Part shown: in pieces, positions 19,541-29,133 of the stretch
Layout: every line of letters starts with the position of its first letter
How positions within the stretch are numbered: the first letter of the stretch is position 1
DNA from: an uncultured delta proteobacterium
GTDB taxonomy: Bacteria > Desulfobacterota > Binatia > JACPRU01
Reading direction: 5' to 3'
DNA: 64,000 nucleotides
NCBI GenBank assembly: GCA_963745025.1
Contig: CAVUWD010000013.1
Location: forward strand, 128,001 to 192,000
Program-made: the position numbers and the translations under genes
Notes under the pieces: generated by a model
The model's input: only the letters and a program-made list of their open reading frames with translations
Told to the model about the DNA's origin: nothing
Database searches by the model: none

Positions 19541-20893
19541 GTGCAGCTCCTGGTTCGACACCTGCTCATGCTGCTCCTACTGCTGATCGCACCGTCCGCA
19601 GCCGCTGACGAGCACGGATCCGTAGCCATTACGCGTGGCGAGCCCGGCCCCGCACCGGCGCTGGGCGCGAGCTCGGCAGCGTCCGTTCCCAGCGCGCATT
19701 ACCAACCGCCAGCGGCCAACGTCGGCCTGCCCGCGATCGGCGTTCTTCTGCCTCTCTCCGGTCGCTACCAGCCCTTCGGCGAGTCTTGCCTGCGGGGAAT
19801 CCGCGTCGCCCTCGGCGCGCTCGAGGGCCGTACGCCGGTCCTGCGCGCCGTGATCCTCGATACACGAGGTGAGCCAAACCAGGCGGTCTCCGCCTATCAG
19901 AAGCTCGCCTCCGATCCGGGCGTCGTCGCCGTGCTCGGGCCGATGCTTTCCCCGGAAGTCGATGCCGTACAGTCGTACGTCCACGGCTATGAGCTGCCGA
20001 CGCTCAACTTCTCGCAGCGCCCCGTCGCTGAGGGGGGGCCGCTCTACCGCTTCAGCTTGACCAAGCAGGACCAGGCGAAGATCCTGGCTCAGTACGCGGT
20101 CGGCGAGCTCGGCGCGCGGCGCTGGGCGGCGTTCCATCCCGACGATGACTATGGACGCGAGATCTCCGCTTACTTTCGTCAGTGGGTCGAGAGCCTCGGC
20201 GGGCGCGTCGTCGCCGACGTCGGCTATGATCCGCGCAAGAACGATCTTCAGACGGAAGCGAAGCGCCTACAGGCCAAGCTCGGCATCGTCGAAAACCCGC
20301 CGCCGCCGGCGCACGCCAACGCCGCCCCGCCCGTCGATGGAGTCTTCCTGCCCGACGCGGCCGATCGGCTGAACCTGCTGATCTCGTACCTCACCTTCGT
20401 CGACATCCGCGGCGTGCTGTTGCTCGGCGCAAGTGGCTGGAATCGCCCGCAAGAGCTTCTCGCGGTGGGGCCGCCGGTGAACGGCGGGGTGTTTGTCGAC
20501 GGCTTCTTCCTCTACAGCTTTCGCCCCGAGGTACGAGCGTTCGTGGATGCCTACCGCGACGCGTATCACGGGGATCCGGGCGCGCTCGAGGCCTACGGGT
20601 ACGACGCTGCCGTGCTGGTGCGCGAATTCATCGCCGCGGGCGCCGTCACCCGCCAGATGATGCTCGCGGAGTTTCGCCGTCCGTTCTCGCGTCACGGCGC
20701 GACCGGAGAGACGCTCGTCACCGCGGACGGGCGCATCGAGAAAGGGCTCTTTCTTTTGAAGGTCGAAGACGGCGCCATTCACGAGATCGAGACGCCGGCG
20801 ACGGGCGATAGCGTGGCTCCATCGGCGCCGTCCGGGTCATCGCGTGGGCGCGAATGGGATTCGAGGTCTATGGAGAATCGAGTTGCCCACTAG
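19541..20893 (+). CDS. Periplasmic type 1 PBP-fold protein, LpoA/LppC C-terminal-domain-like
   Basis: Signal peptide; IGVLLPLSG, VLGPML, YGREI, AYGYDAA, GATG motifs. Confidence 0.7.
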   Translation: MQLLVRHLLMLLLLLIAPSAAADEHGSVAITRGEPGPAPALGASSAASVPSAHYQPPAANVGLPAIGVLLPLSGRYQPFGESCLRGIRVALGALEGRTPVLRAVILDTRGEPNQAVSAYQKLASDPGVVAVLGPMLSPEVDAVQSYVHGYELPTLNFSQRPVAEGGPLYRFSLTKQDQAKILAQYAVGELGARRWAAFHPDDDYGREISAYFRQWVESLGGRVVADVGYDPRKNDLQTEAKRLQAKLGIVENPPPPAHANAAPPVDGVFLPDAADRLNLLISYLTFVDIRGVLLLGASGWNRPQELLAVGPPVNGGVFVDGFFLYSFRPEVRAFVDAYRDAYHGDPGALEAYGYDAAVLVREFIAAGAVTRQMMLAEFRRPFSRHGATGETLVTADGRIEKGLFLLKVEDGAIHEIETPATGDSVAPSAPSGSSRGREWDSRSMENRVAH

Positions 20894-20904
20894 CCGGCGC
20901 CACA

Positions 20905-20927
20905 GATCGCTCCCGTTGGTCGCGATC
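20905..20927. repeat. REP-like palindrome GATCGCTCCCGTTGGTCGCGATC
   Basis: Same core as the copies near 4611, 11800-11940 and 51964-52052. Confidence 0.85.
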
Positions 20928-21922
20928 GGCTCCGGCCGAGCAGGCAGCCGAGCTAGCCTCTCCGAGATCGGGGAATTCGGATTTCTGGAGCGCCTTCGAA
21001 GGCTGCGTATCCCGCGCCGCGGCGTCGAGCTGGGCATCGGCGACGACTGCGCCGTCGTCCGCGCCGGTCGACGCCGGCTGCTGCTGACGACCGACGCGCT
21101 CGTCGAGAATGTACACTTCCGTTGGGCGTGGGACACGCCGGCAGGGCTTGGCCAGCGTGCCTTCGCGGTCAACGCCAGCGACATCGCCGCGATGGGCGGT
21201 GCACCGCGATTCGCACTGCTGTCGATCGTCGCGCCGAGGACCGCCCGCATTGCCCGTCTCGAAGGGATCGTGCAGGGCTTCGTCGCCGCCGCTCGGGAGA
21301 GCGGCTGCGCGCTGGTGGGCGGGAATCTCAGCGCCGGTTCCCATTGGATGATCTCGGTCACCCTTGTCGGCGAGCCGTTCGGCGCCCCACTGCGGCGCTC
21401 CGGAGCACGAGCGGGGGATCACGTTTACGTGAGCGGTGTTCTCGGAGCCGCGGCGTTCGGCCGGGAAATCCTGCTCCGCCGAAGGCGTGGATCGCCGCGC
21501 CAGACGCTCGCCTTCCGACGGCCTCGAGCGCGTCTCGACGTCGGCGAGATGCTCGCCCGCACGCGGAGCGCGAGCGCCGCCATCGACCTGAGCGACGGCC
21601 TCATTTCAGACCTCGGGCACGTCTGCCGCGCGAGCCGAGTCGGAGCGCTGATCGATCCAGAGAAGCTACCGTTCGCTCCCCCGCTTCTCCGGCTGGCAAA
21701 GGACGAGCGCCTGGCGCTCGCGCTCGGCGGCGGCGAGGACTACGAGCTGCTGTTCACGATTCCGCCCGGACGGGTTCGCCGTCTCGAGGAGTTGGCCCGC
21801 GGGCGATCGCTTGCCGTGACGAACATCGGCCGTGTCACACGCGGGCGAGGGGTCCGGCTCGCGGGCGCGTCGCGCCCTCGTCGGCCGTCTTCGCCGGCGG
21901 GTTCGATCACTTTCGGCGGTGA
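20916..21922 (+). CDS. thiL: Thiamine-monophosphate kinase (apparent 1-nt frameshift near 21863)
   Basis: GEFGFL, GIGDDCA, HF, NASDIAAMG, DLSDGL, GGEDYEL. The conserved C-terminal GFDHF lies in the -1 frame ending TGA 21922. Start uncertain. Confidence 0.88.
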
Positions 21923-21924
21923 AG

Positions 21925-22038
21925 TCGGGGACGTTCCAACCTTCGTAACCTTCGTAACCTTCGTCGCGTCGCTCTCCTTACAGGATTTCCTAGCGCGAGG
22001 AACGCGATGAAGGTTACGAAGGTTAGGAACGTCCCCGA
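21925..22038. mobile_element. Small non-autonomous palindromic element with 13-bp perfect terminal IRs and internal 9-mer tandem repeats
   Basis: TCGGGGACGTTCC...GGAACGTCCCCGA; AACCTTCGT x3 on the left arm, inverted x2 on the right; flanked by direct repeat CTTTCGGCGGTGA (21910-21922, 22045-22057). Confidence 0.7.
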
Positions 22039-22105
22039 GCAGCCCTTTCGGCGGTGACGCCGCCCACTTTTCGGGCCGAGCGCAACCTGCGATAACCGTT
22101 CGCGC

Positions 22106-22879
22106 TTGGACCCGACTCGTCTCAAAGGCATCCTCGAAGAGGTGCGCCGCGGCAAGCGCAGCGTGGGCGCGGCACTCGAGGCGCTGCGTCACCTGCCATA
22201 CGAAGATCTCGGCTTCGCCAAGATCGATCACCACCGTTCGCTCCGTCAAGGCATCCCGGAGGTGATCTTCGCGCAGGGCAAATCGCGATCGCAGATCGTC
22301 GAGATCGCCGAGCGGATCGCCGCCGGCGGCCACGACGTGGTCGTCACGCGCATCGACAAGTCGGATGCCGACGCGTTGCGCGAGCGCCTCGCGGGCTTCT
22401 CGTATTCGGAGCAAGGGCGGATCGCGTGGCGAAAGCAGGAACGTAAACCGACGCGGCTCGGGCGCGTTTTGGTTGTCTCCGCGGGGACCGCGGATCTACC
22501 CGTCGCCGAAGAGGCGGCCATCATCGCCGAGTGCGCGGGATGCGACGTCGAGAGGCTTTTCGACGTTGGCGTGTCGGGGCTGCATCGACTCTTCGATCAG
22601 GCGGAGCGGATCCGCGCGGCCGAGGTCGTGGTCGTGGTGGCCGGAATGGAAGGGGCGTTGCCGAGCGTGGTCGCGGGATGGATCGATCAGCCGGTCATCG
22701 CGGTGCCGACCAGCATCGGCTACGGGGCGAGCTTCGGGGGCTTGGCTGCGCTCCTCTCGATGCTCAACTCCTGTGCGGCGGGCACGACGGTCGTGAACAT
22801 CGACAACGGCTTCGGGGCGGCAATCGCCGCGGTGCGAATCCTGCGGGCACGCAAGGCGCCGAAAGCCGAACGCCGATGA
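22106..22879 (+). CDS. larB: Nickel-pincer cofactor biosynthesis protein LarB (PurE-like)
   Basis: DLGFAKIDHHRSLRQGIPEVIF, AGTADLPVAEEA, DVGVSGLHRL, AGMEGALPS, VPTSIGYG, VNIDNGFGA. Confidence 0.9.
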   Translation: MDPTRLKGILEEVRRGKRSVGAALEALRHLPYEDLGFAKIDHHRSLRQGIPEVIFAQGKSRSQIVEIAERIAAGGHDVVVTRIDKSDADALRERLAGFSYSEQGRIAWRKQERKPTRLGRVLVVSAGTADLPVAEEAAIIAECAGCDVERLFDVGVSGLHRLFDQAERIRAAEVVVVVAGMEGALPSVVAGWIDQPVIAVPTSIGYGASFGGLAALLSMLNSCAAGTTVVNIDNGFGAAIAAVRILRARKAPKAERR

Positions 22880-24222
22880 CCGCGCCGATCACGTCGGGCC
22901 GGACGCGGCGCATGCTGAAGGTGGGCGCGCTCACGGGGCACGTCGGCTCGAGCTATCTCTGGCAAACGCTTCTCAAGCCCTTCCGCTCGATCGATTCCCA
23001 CCAGCGTGAGCTGCTCGATACGCACGTCCGCAACGCGCTGCGCGTCGTGGAGAGCTCCGCGGAGCTCCGCGGAGCGTTCACCAAGCTGGTGCAGATGCTG
23101 TCGATGCGTGACGACCTGCTGCCGACCCAGGCGCTCGAGATCCTCGCTACCGCTCGCGCGAACGTTCCACCGATGCCGTATCGAGTGATTCGCGAGCGGA
23201 TCCGCGCGGAGCTCGGCAAGCCTCCGGAACGACTCTTCGGGAGCTTCGAGCGCGAGGCGTTCGCGGCCGCATCGCTCGGCCAGGTTCATCGGGCAGAGCT
23301 GCGGTCCGGCGAGACCGTGGTCGTCAAGATTCAGTATCCGGGCATCGAGGAGACCGTCGAGCAGGATCTGCAGAACGTGCACGGGCTGCTCCACGTGCTG
23401 ACGCGCATCGGTCGCGACGTCATGCGACGGCGGATCGACACCGCGGGCGTCCATCGGGAGCTCGAGGCGCGACTTCGGGAAGAGCTCGATTATCGCAAAG
23501 AGGCCGAGAACATCGCGCTCTTCCGGAGCCTCCTCGGCGAGGACGACGAGATCGAGATTCCGTCCGTCGTCGCGGAGTTGAGCACGCGCCGCGTGCTGAC
23601 GATGAGCTTCGTCGAGGGTTATCCGCTGGCCGACGTGCTCGTGCCCGGCGTCGATCAGGAGCTGAAGGATTGGGTGGCGATCAAGTACTTCCGGACGGTC
23701 TGCCGGCAGATCCTCCGCTTCGGCGTGCTCCACACCGATCCCCAGCCAGCCAATTATCTCGTCACCCATCATCCGAAGCTCGGCATCCTCGACTTCGGCT
23801 CGATCCGGGTCTTTCCCGAGCACCTCCGCCGCTCCTACCTGCGTCTGGCCCGTGCGCTGCTCGAAGACAGCCGACGTGAGATGATCGCGGCGTGCCGCGC
23901 GCTCGACTATCTCGGCGCGGACGATTCACCCGAGGCGATGATCGAGATCCTGCAGACGCTGCTCGAGCCCCTCCTGGAGGATCGCGAGCACGCGTTCGCG
24001 CACTATCGCTCGCTCGACAAGGCGATGCGCGTCGCGGCGGTCGCAATCGAGAAGGGGCTCTATCGTACGCCCGGCCACCGCGTATTCCTGGTGCGCGCGC
24101 TCGTCGGCCTCGAGGCCTACGTGAAGCAGCTCGGCACGGTCGCCAATTGGCGGAGGATCTTCGTCGAGGAGGTGGAGGCGGCATCCGCCGAGCGGGAGCA
24201 TTCGCAGCGCGCTTCGGAATGA
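22876..24222 (+). CDS. ABC1/UbiB/AarF-family atypical kinase
   Basis: AAASLGQVHRA, VVVKIQYPG, EELDY, HTDPQPANY, LDFG; ATGA overlap with the larB stop. Confidence 0.9.
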   Translation: MTAPITSGRTRRMLKVGALTGHVGSSYLWQTLLKPFRSIDSHQRELLDTHVRNALRVVESSAELRGAFTKLVQMLSMRDDLLPTQALEILATARANVPPMPYRVIRERIRAELGKPPERLFGSFEREAFAAASLGQVHRAELRSGETVVVKIQYPGIEETVEQDLQNVHGLLHVLTRIGRDVMRRRIDTAGVHRELEARLREELDYRKEAENIALFRSLLGEDDEIEIPSVVAELSTRRVLTMSFVEGYPLADVLVPGVDQELKDWVAIKYFRTVCRQILRFGVLHTDPQPANYLVTHHPKLGILDFGSIRVFPEHLRRSYLRLARALLEDSRREMIAACRALDYLGADDSPEAMIEILQTLLEPLLEDREHAFAHYRSLDKAMRVAAVAIEKGLYRTPGHRVFLVRALVGLEAYVKQLGTVANWRRIFVEEVEAASAEREHSQRASE

Positions 24223-26672
24223 CTCGCTTGAGCAAGCGAGCCACGCCGCTCTATCCGCTGCTCTTGGCGATTGCCGTCCTCGCTGCTTTCGAGGACTTCG
24301 CGAGTTCCGATCGGGTTCCTGCCTACCGCGATCTCTTGGTCTTCGCGATTCCGTTCAAGCATTTCCTCGCGAGCCGCCTGCAGCGCGGGGAGCTGCCGCT
24401 GTGGAATCCGTGGATCTACATGGGGACTCCGTTTCTCGCGAGCCTGCAGAGCGGCGTCTTCTATCCGCCGAGCGTGTTTTTCTTGCTTCCGTTCCCTCTC
24501 GGCTTCAACGTCTTTCTCTTCGCTCACCTTCTCATTGCCGTGAGCGGATTCTGGTTTCTGTCGCGCGAGAGAGGTCTCTCCGCGCCTGCCTGCGCCATCG
24601 GCAGCCTCACCTTTGGTCTCGGCGGTTACCTGGTTTCGATGATCAATTTGACGAGCCACCTGCAAGCCGCCGTCTGGCTCCCTTGGTGCCTGTTCTTTTG
24701 GATTCGCGGGATGCGGCCCTGGCGAGATGCCTACCTGGTCCTCTTCGGTCTTACACTGACGATCGCCATGCTCGCTGGTGCGCCCGAGATCCTTCTCATG
24801 ATCCTCGGTGTTCTCGCAGGCTGGACGGCGTTTGCGGCTCCGTGCTCCTGGACCGATCGTCTGCGCCTCGGAATGATGCTGGGGCTTGTCTTGCTCGCGG
24901 CTTTGGGCGTCGCAGCGTTCCAAATCGTTCCCACGCTCGAGTACATCGGACAATCCGATCGCAGCGGCGCGCTTCCGCTCGTGGAAGTCACCACGTGGTC
25001 GCTACAGCCCGTTTCATTTTTCCAGTTGCTGCTTCCTCATTCCGTGACACCCGGCGCCAGCCTCGACCCCTCGCATCAGATCCTGGAGGCCGGCAAACCT
25101 TGGATCCGGAGCATCTATCTAGGAATCGTTCCGCTCTCTCTGGCGATCGCGAGCGTCGCCGTGGGGCGGGAACGGCGCTTCTGGGGCACGGTGATCTTGG
25201 TCAGCGTCGTACTCGCATTCGGCTCGGCGACCCCCGTCTTTCCGATGCTCTATTCGGTCTTGCCGGGCGTCTTTGGAAGATTCCGCTATCCTGAAAAATT
25301 CTACTTTCTAACCCATTTCGCGACGGCACTGCTTGCAAGCGAGGGAGCCGAACAGTGCGTGCGCGGCGACCGACGGTCCACGAGGCTCGCTCACGTTGCG
25401 GCGTTCACGTTCTTCGCCGTGGCATTGCTGCTCGTCTTGGCCCGATGGCTGTGGCCGGCTCTCTATCTACTGTTCGTCGCCGGCCTGAGCGGTACGTTCG
25501 CGCCGATGACGCAGTACGTGCCGCTTGCCGAAGACCTCGCCAGCAAGTCCTTGCGGAGCGTGCTGCTGCTCGGATGCTTCCTCGGAACACTTTGGCTTCG
25601 GCGCGTCTTACTCCTATCGGAATCGATCTTCCGTGCGGCTTTGGTCGCGCTCGTCGCCGTGGATCTCGCCTCGATGGCGCATGGACTCAACCATACGGTC
25701 TCGTGGCGGGCACTCGAGGAGCAGCGCGCGGACCTCGACGTCGATGCGCTTCGAGCCGCGCATCAGCGCATGTTCCTCTACCAGACCCTATCCGCTCCGT
25801 TTGCCGGGCAAGAGCCGCAACCGATCCCGGGCCTAGAGCACTGGTTGCGCTTCGAGCAGCAAGCGAGGAGCTTCGAAGAGGCCGCGGGTGCGCTCTGGCG
25901 GACGATGCTCTTCGACATCCCCATGGTGCGAGAGGTCGGAACGTTGAGTGGAGGCGACGGCATCATGCGGAGCTCCGACAACGCGCTTCGCGCCGCCGTC
26001 TCGACCGCTTCCCGCGATCGCGCGGTGAAGTTGCTGCGCATCTTCGGCGTCGCGCAGTTCGCCGGTCCGGTGCCGCTCGAAGTTCCGGAGCTAGAGCCGG
26101 TCAAGCAGGTCGGCAATCCCCCCCTATTCATCTATCGGGTGACGAAACCGGTGCCCGCAGTATACCTCGCGTCGCGTCTCGTTCGCGCGGCCACGTCCAC
26201 GGAAGCGTTCCAGCGCATGGTCGAGCCTGACTTCATTCCGGGTGTCGATGCGACCGTAGAGGAGCTCCCGCGTGACTGGAGCCAGGCGTCGGACGTAGCG
26301 GGCGCCGGCGAGGTTCGAGTCGTCACGTGGACGGACGACCGCGTGGAGCTCGCCGTCGATGCCTTGCGGCAGAGCTTCCTCGTCCTGAACGATTCGTTCT
26401 TCCCCGGATGGTACGTTCGCGTCGACGGCCAGCCCGCACGAATCCATCGTGCGAACTCTCTCGCGCGAGGCGTTGCCATTGCCGCAGGCAACCACCGAGT
26501 GGAGTTTTTCTACGCGCCGCGGTCGTTCGCAGTCGGAGCGGCGATCTCGCTAGCGACCCTCCTCGCCGTTACCATCGTTGTCGCGATTCGACGAGGTCGC
26601 CGCGACCCGATGCCGATGCCGCCTAGGGCTTCGGAGGTGCCGAGGCCGCAAACGCCGCCCCAAACGACTTAG
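24219..26672 (+). CDS. YfhO-like (GT-C) membrane glycosyltransferase
   Basis: YRDLLVFAIPFKHF...PLWNPWIYMGTPFLASLQSGVFYPP; FRYPEKF; C-terminal DSFFPGWYVRVDG...HRVEFFYAP followed by a TM segment. Confidence 0.8.
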   Translation: MTRLSKRATPLYPLLLAIAVLAAFEDFASSDRVPAYRDLLVFAIPFKHFLASRLQRGELPLWNPWIYMGTPFLASLQSGVFYPPSVFFLLPFPLGFNVFLFAHLLIAVSGFWFLSRERGLSAPACAIGSLTFGLGGYLVSMINLTSHLQAAVWLPWCLFFWIRGMRPWRDAYLVLFGLTLTIAMLAGAPEILLMILGVLAGWTAFAAPCSWTDRLRLGMMLGLVLLAALGVAAFQIVPTLEYIGQSDRSGALPLVEVTTWSLQPVSFFQLLLPHSVTPGASLDPSHQILEAGKPWIRSIYLGIVPLSLAIASVAVGRERRFWGTVILVSVVLAFGSATPVFPMLYSVLPGVFGRFRYPEKFYFLTHFATALLASEGAEQCVRGDRRSTRLAHVAAFTFFAVALLLVLARWLWPALYLLFVAGLSGTFAPMTQYVPLAEDLASKSLRSVLLLGCFLGTLWLRRVLLLSESIFRAALVALVAVDLASMAHGLNHTVSWRALEEQRADLDVDALRAAHQRMFLYQTLSAPFAGQEPQPIPGLEHWLRFEQQARSFEEAAGALWRTMLFDIPMVREVGTLSGGDGIMRSSDNALRAAVSTASRDRAVKLLRIFGVAQFAGPVPLEVPELEPVKQVGNPPLFIYRVTKPVPAVYLASRLVRAATSTEAFQRMVEPDFIPGVDATVEELPRDWSQASDVAGAGEVRVVTWTDDRVELAVDALRQSFLVLNDSFFPGWYVRVDGQPARIHRANSLARGVAIAAGNHRVEFFYAPRSFAVGAAISLATLLAVTIVVAIRRGRRDPMPMPPRASEVPRPQTPPQTT

Positions 26673-27375
26673 GGTCGAAGACCCGTGCCGGTACGGCCGA
26701 TGCCGGGTGCCACTCGAGCGAGATCACGTCCTTGGTCCGGACCTTGAAGTCTTGCATGACGATTCGCTTCGGCCGCCACTTGGATTCGACCTGGATGAAA
26801 TCGTCGTTGCGCAGCATCTTCACGAGGTTCGTCATGGAGTCCTTGTAGAGCAGGGCTTGCAGCATCACGGATTTCTCGCGGTCGAACTTGTAGACCATCA
26901 GCCTGTACTGAGACGGCGGCGTTTTCGGCTCGCAGAGGACGGTGAACTGCTCCGCGTTGATGTCGACGATACGCATCGCCGCGCAGCGCGCTGCGGAGAA
27001 CGGCAGCCAGTCCTCGGTCGTGAAGCTCGTCGAATCGACGGCAGTCTCCGGTGTGGCCTGCCGACTCTTGCCGTCGGCTGAAATGTACAGCTCCGACGGT
27101 CCGAGAGCGAGGAGGTGGACCTTCGCCTTCTCGAGCTCGACGTAAACCTGCGCCGGGACCTTGGTGTCTGCGCCGGCACGCTCGACGAGGACGAGCCGAT
27201 CTTGCTTGTTACCCTCGAGGCTGTCGCTTTCGACGCTGCCGTCCGCGCGGAGCGGCGTAGACGGCCGGAGAGACTCGTTCACGCCTTGGAGCAGCGTCGC
27301 AAGCATGTCGGCAGACGCGGCTTCGCAATGGAAAACGACCGAGACCAGAAGAGCCGCCAGCGTTCGCGCGCGCAT
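26623..27375 (-). CDS. Exported LolA-like / outer-membrane lipoprotein-sorting family protein
   Basis: Signal peptide MRARTLAALLVSVVFHCEAASA; TSFTTEDW; beta-rich C-terminus ending VPARVFDP. Confidence 0.6.
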   Translation of the reverse strand: MRARTLAALLVSVVFHCEAASADMLATLLQGVNESLRPSTPLRADGSVESDSLEGNKQDRLVLVERAGADTKVPAQVYVELEKAKVHLLALGPSELYISADGKSRQATPETAVDSTSFTTEDWLPFSAARCAAMRIVDINAEQFTVLCEPKTPPSQYRLMVYKFDREKSVMLQALLYKDSMTNLVKMLRNDDFIQVESKWRPKRIVMQDFKVRTKDVISLEWHPASAVPARVFDPKSFGAAFAASAPPKP

Positions 27376-27524
27376 CGCGGCATCATTCGGTGCCGGCTGC
27401 CGCGAAGTCAAGGCGCCTTTCGAGAGCCTCGGACGTGGCGTTTCTCTCCCTGGCGAGCGCCGAACATGACGTCGCGACCGGGCAGGTGTTGATCGTGGAT
27501 GGCGAGCTGGCGATGATGGGCGCA

Positions 27525-28355
27525 ATGATCCGCTGGTTCGCCGTTTTCGCGCTCTGCGTGATTTTTTCGGCGGCGGCGCACGCGGCGCAGACGGAGCTGC
27601 GCTTCGTGCGCGACGGCGAGGTCGTCAAGCGAACCGATCTCGAGTCGCTGAAGAAGGCGTGTCCGCTCGCCGCGGTGGTGATCGAGGATCCCTACTACAA
27701 GAAGACGAAGTCGTTCCTCGCCTTTCCGCTGAAGCAGGTGCTCTCGTTCGGTTTCGGCCAGCCGGCCGCGGAGCTCGTCGAGGAGGATCTCTTCTTCCAG
27801 GCGCTCGATGGCTACGTGAAGCCCGCCTCGGGCGAGCGCGCCCTCGAGGACGGCGGGTATCTCGCCTTCGCCGACGCGGACCACACCCGCGGCTCGGATC
27901 CCGGATGGGAGCCGATCGATCGGCGGGGCGCCGATCCGGGCCCCTACTACGTCGTCTGGGCGAAGCCCGGTCAAACCGATGCCAAAGGGTACCCTTGGCC
28001 CTTCGAGCTCGCCGCCATCGAGGTCGTGCACTTCGACAAGAAGTATCCCGACACCCTGCCGCGCAGCGCTCCCGCGGACTCGGCGGCGTGGAAAGGATTC
28101 GCGACCTTCCGCATGCAGTGCATCTCCTGTCATTCGGTCAACGGACAGGGCGGCAAGATCGGGCCTGATCTCAACGTGCCGCGGAGCATCGTCGAGTACC
28201 GGCCGATCGATCAGGTCAAAGCCTACATCCGCGATCCCGAGACGTTTCGCCATTCGAACATGCCCGCGCACCGCGATCTCACGGAGGCGGAGCTCGACGA
28301 CCTGATTGCCTACTTCTCGACCATGAAGACGCTGAAGCACGACCCGGGCAAGTGA
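27525..28355 (+). CDS. Periplasmic monoheme c-type cytochrome with an N-terminal oxidoreductase-like domain
   Basis: Signal peptide; CISCH heme motif, GPDL, distal Met in SNMPAH; N-domain ALDGY...GPYYVVW...WPFEL. Confidence 0.8.
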   Translation: MIRWFAVFALCVIFSAAAHAAQTELRFVRDGEVVKRTDLESLKKACPLAAVVIEDPYYKKTKSFLAFPLKQVLSFGFGQPAAELVEEDLFFQALDGYVKPASGERALEDGGYLAFADADHTRGSDPGWEPIDRRGADPGPYYVVWAKPGQTDAKGYPWPFELAAIEVVHFDKKYPDTLPRSAPADSAAWKGFATFRMQCISCHSVNGQGGKIGPDLNVPRSIVEYRPIDQVKAYIRDPETFRHSNMPAHRDLTEAELDDLIAYFSTMKTLKHDPGK

Positions 28356-28440
28356 CCCGCCTCGACGCCCGGCGCTTTGGCGTCAACGCGACGTTTCACT
28401 GCTAGTTGCCGGGGTTCGGTTTGTATGGGAGAGAGCCGAT

Positions 28441-29133
28441 GTGGCGCCCTCGCCCGGCGATCATCCCTTCACTCCCGATCTCTTCGCGCGCGCCGACGAG
28501 AGCGACGACGCGCTTTTCTACGCCATGGCGCGAAAAGTCGTTCACCTCGACGAGCCGGCGATCGCAGCGGTGAGCGGTTTCTTTGCCGAGAATCTACCGC
28601 CGGACGGCGAGCTGCTCGACGTGATGGCGAGCTGGCGCTCGCACTTGCCGAAGCGACTCCAAGCAAAGCGCGTCGTGGGTCTCGGCATGAACGCCGAAGA
28701 GATGTCGGACAACCCGGACCTCGACGAATTCGTCGTCCACGACCTCAACCGAGATCCCGAATTGCCCTTCCGGGAAGGTGAGTTCGATGGCGCGATGCTC
28801 ACCGTCTCGGTCCAGTACCTGACTCGACCGATCGACGTCTTTCGCTCGGTTGCGCACTGCCTACGGCCCGCCGCTCCGTTCATCGTGGTCGTCTCGCATC
28901 GTTGCTTCCCCATCAAGGCGGTGAAGATCTGGCACCAGTGCCAGACGATGCGCGAGCGAATGGAGCTCGGCATGGCCTATTTCAGCTTTGCCGGTGGCTT
29001 CAGCGATGTCCTCGGCGTCGATCTGAGGCCGTCGGTTCCTGCCGGCGAAGACCCGGTTCGCGCGATCATCGGTCATCGCCAGGGCTCTGCAAACCCGAGC
29101 AAGCGCGCAAGCGTCACCTGGCGGCGCCGATGA
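28441..29133 (+). CDS. Class I SAM-dependent methyltransferase (type 11-like)
   Basis: DESDDALFY, LLDVMASWRSH, GLGMNAEEM, HDLN, VSVQYL, HRCFP. Confidence 0.85.
   Translation: MAPSPGDHPFTPDLFARADESDDALFYAMARKVVHLDEPAIAAVSGFFAENLPPDGELLDVMASWRSHLPKRLQAKRVVGLGMNAEEMSDNPDLDEFVVHDLNRDPELPFREGEFDGAMLTVSVQYLTRPIDVFRSVAHCLRPAAPFIVVVSHRCFPIKAVKIWHQCQTMRERMELGMAYFSFAGGFSDVLGVDLRPSVPAGEDPVRAIIGHRQGSANPSKRASVTWRRR

Noticed and set aside
16412-19561. 1049-aa minus-strand ORF antisense to dnaK-dnaJ
   Set aside because: Shadow ORF from GC-biased codon usage of conserved genes; antisense-dnaK frames are a known annotation trap.
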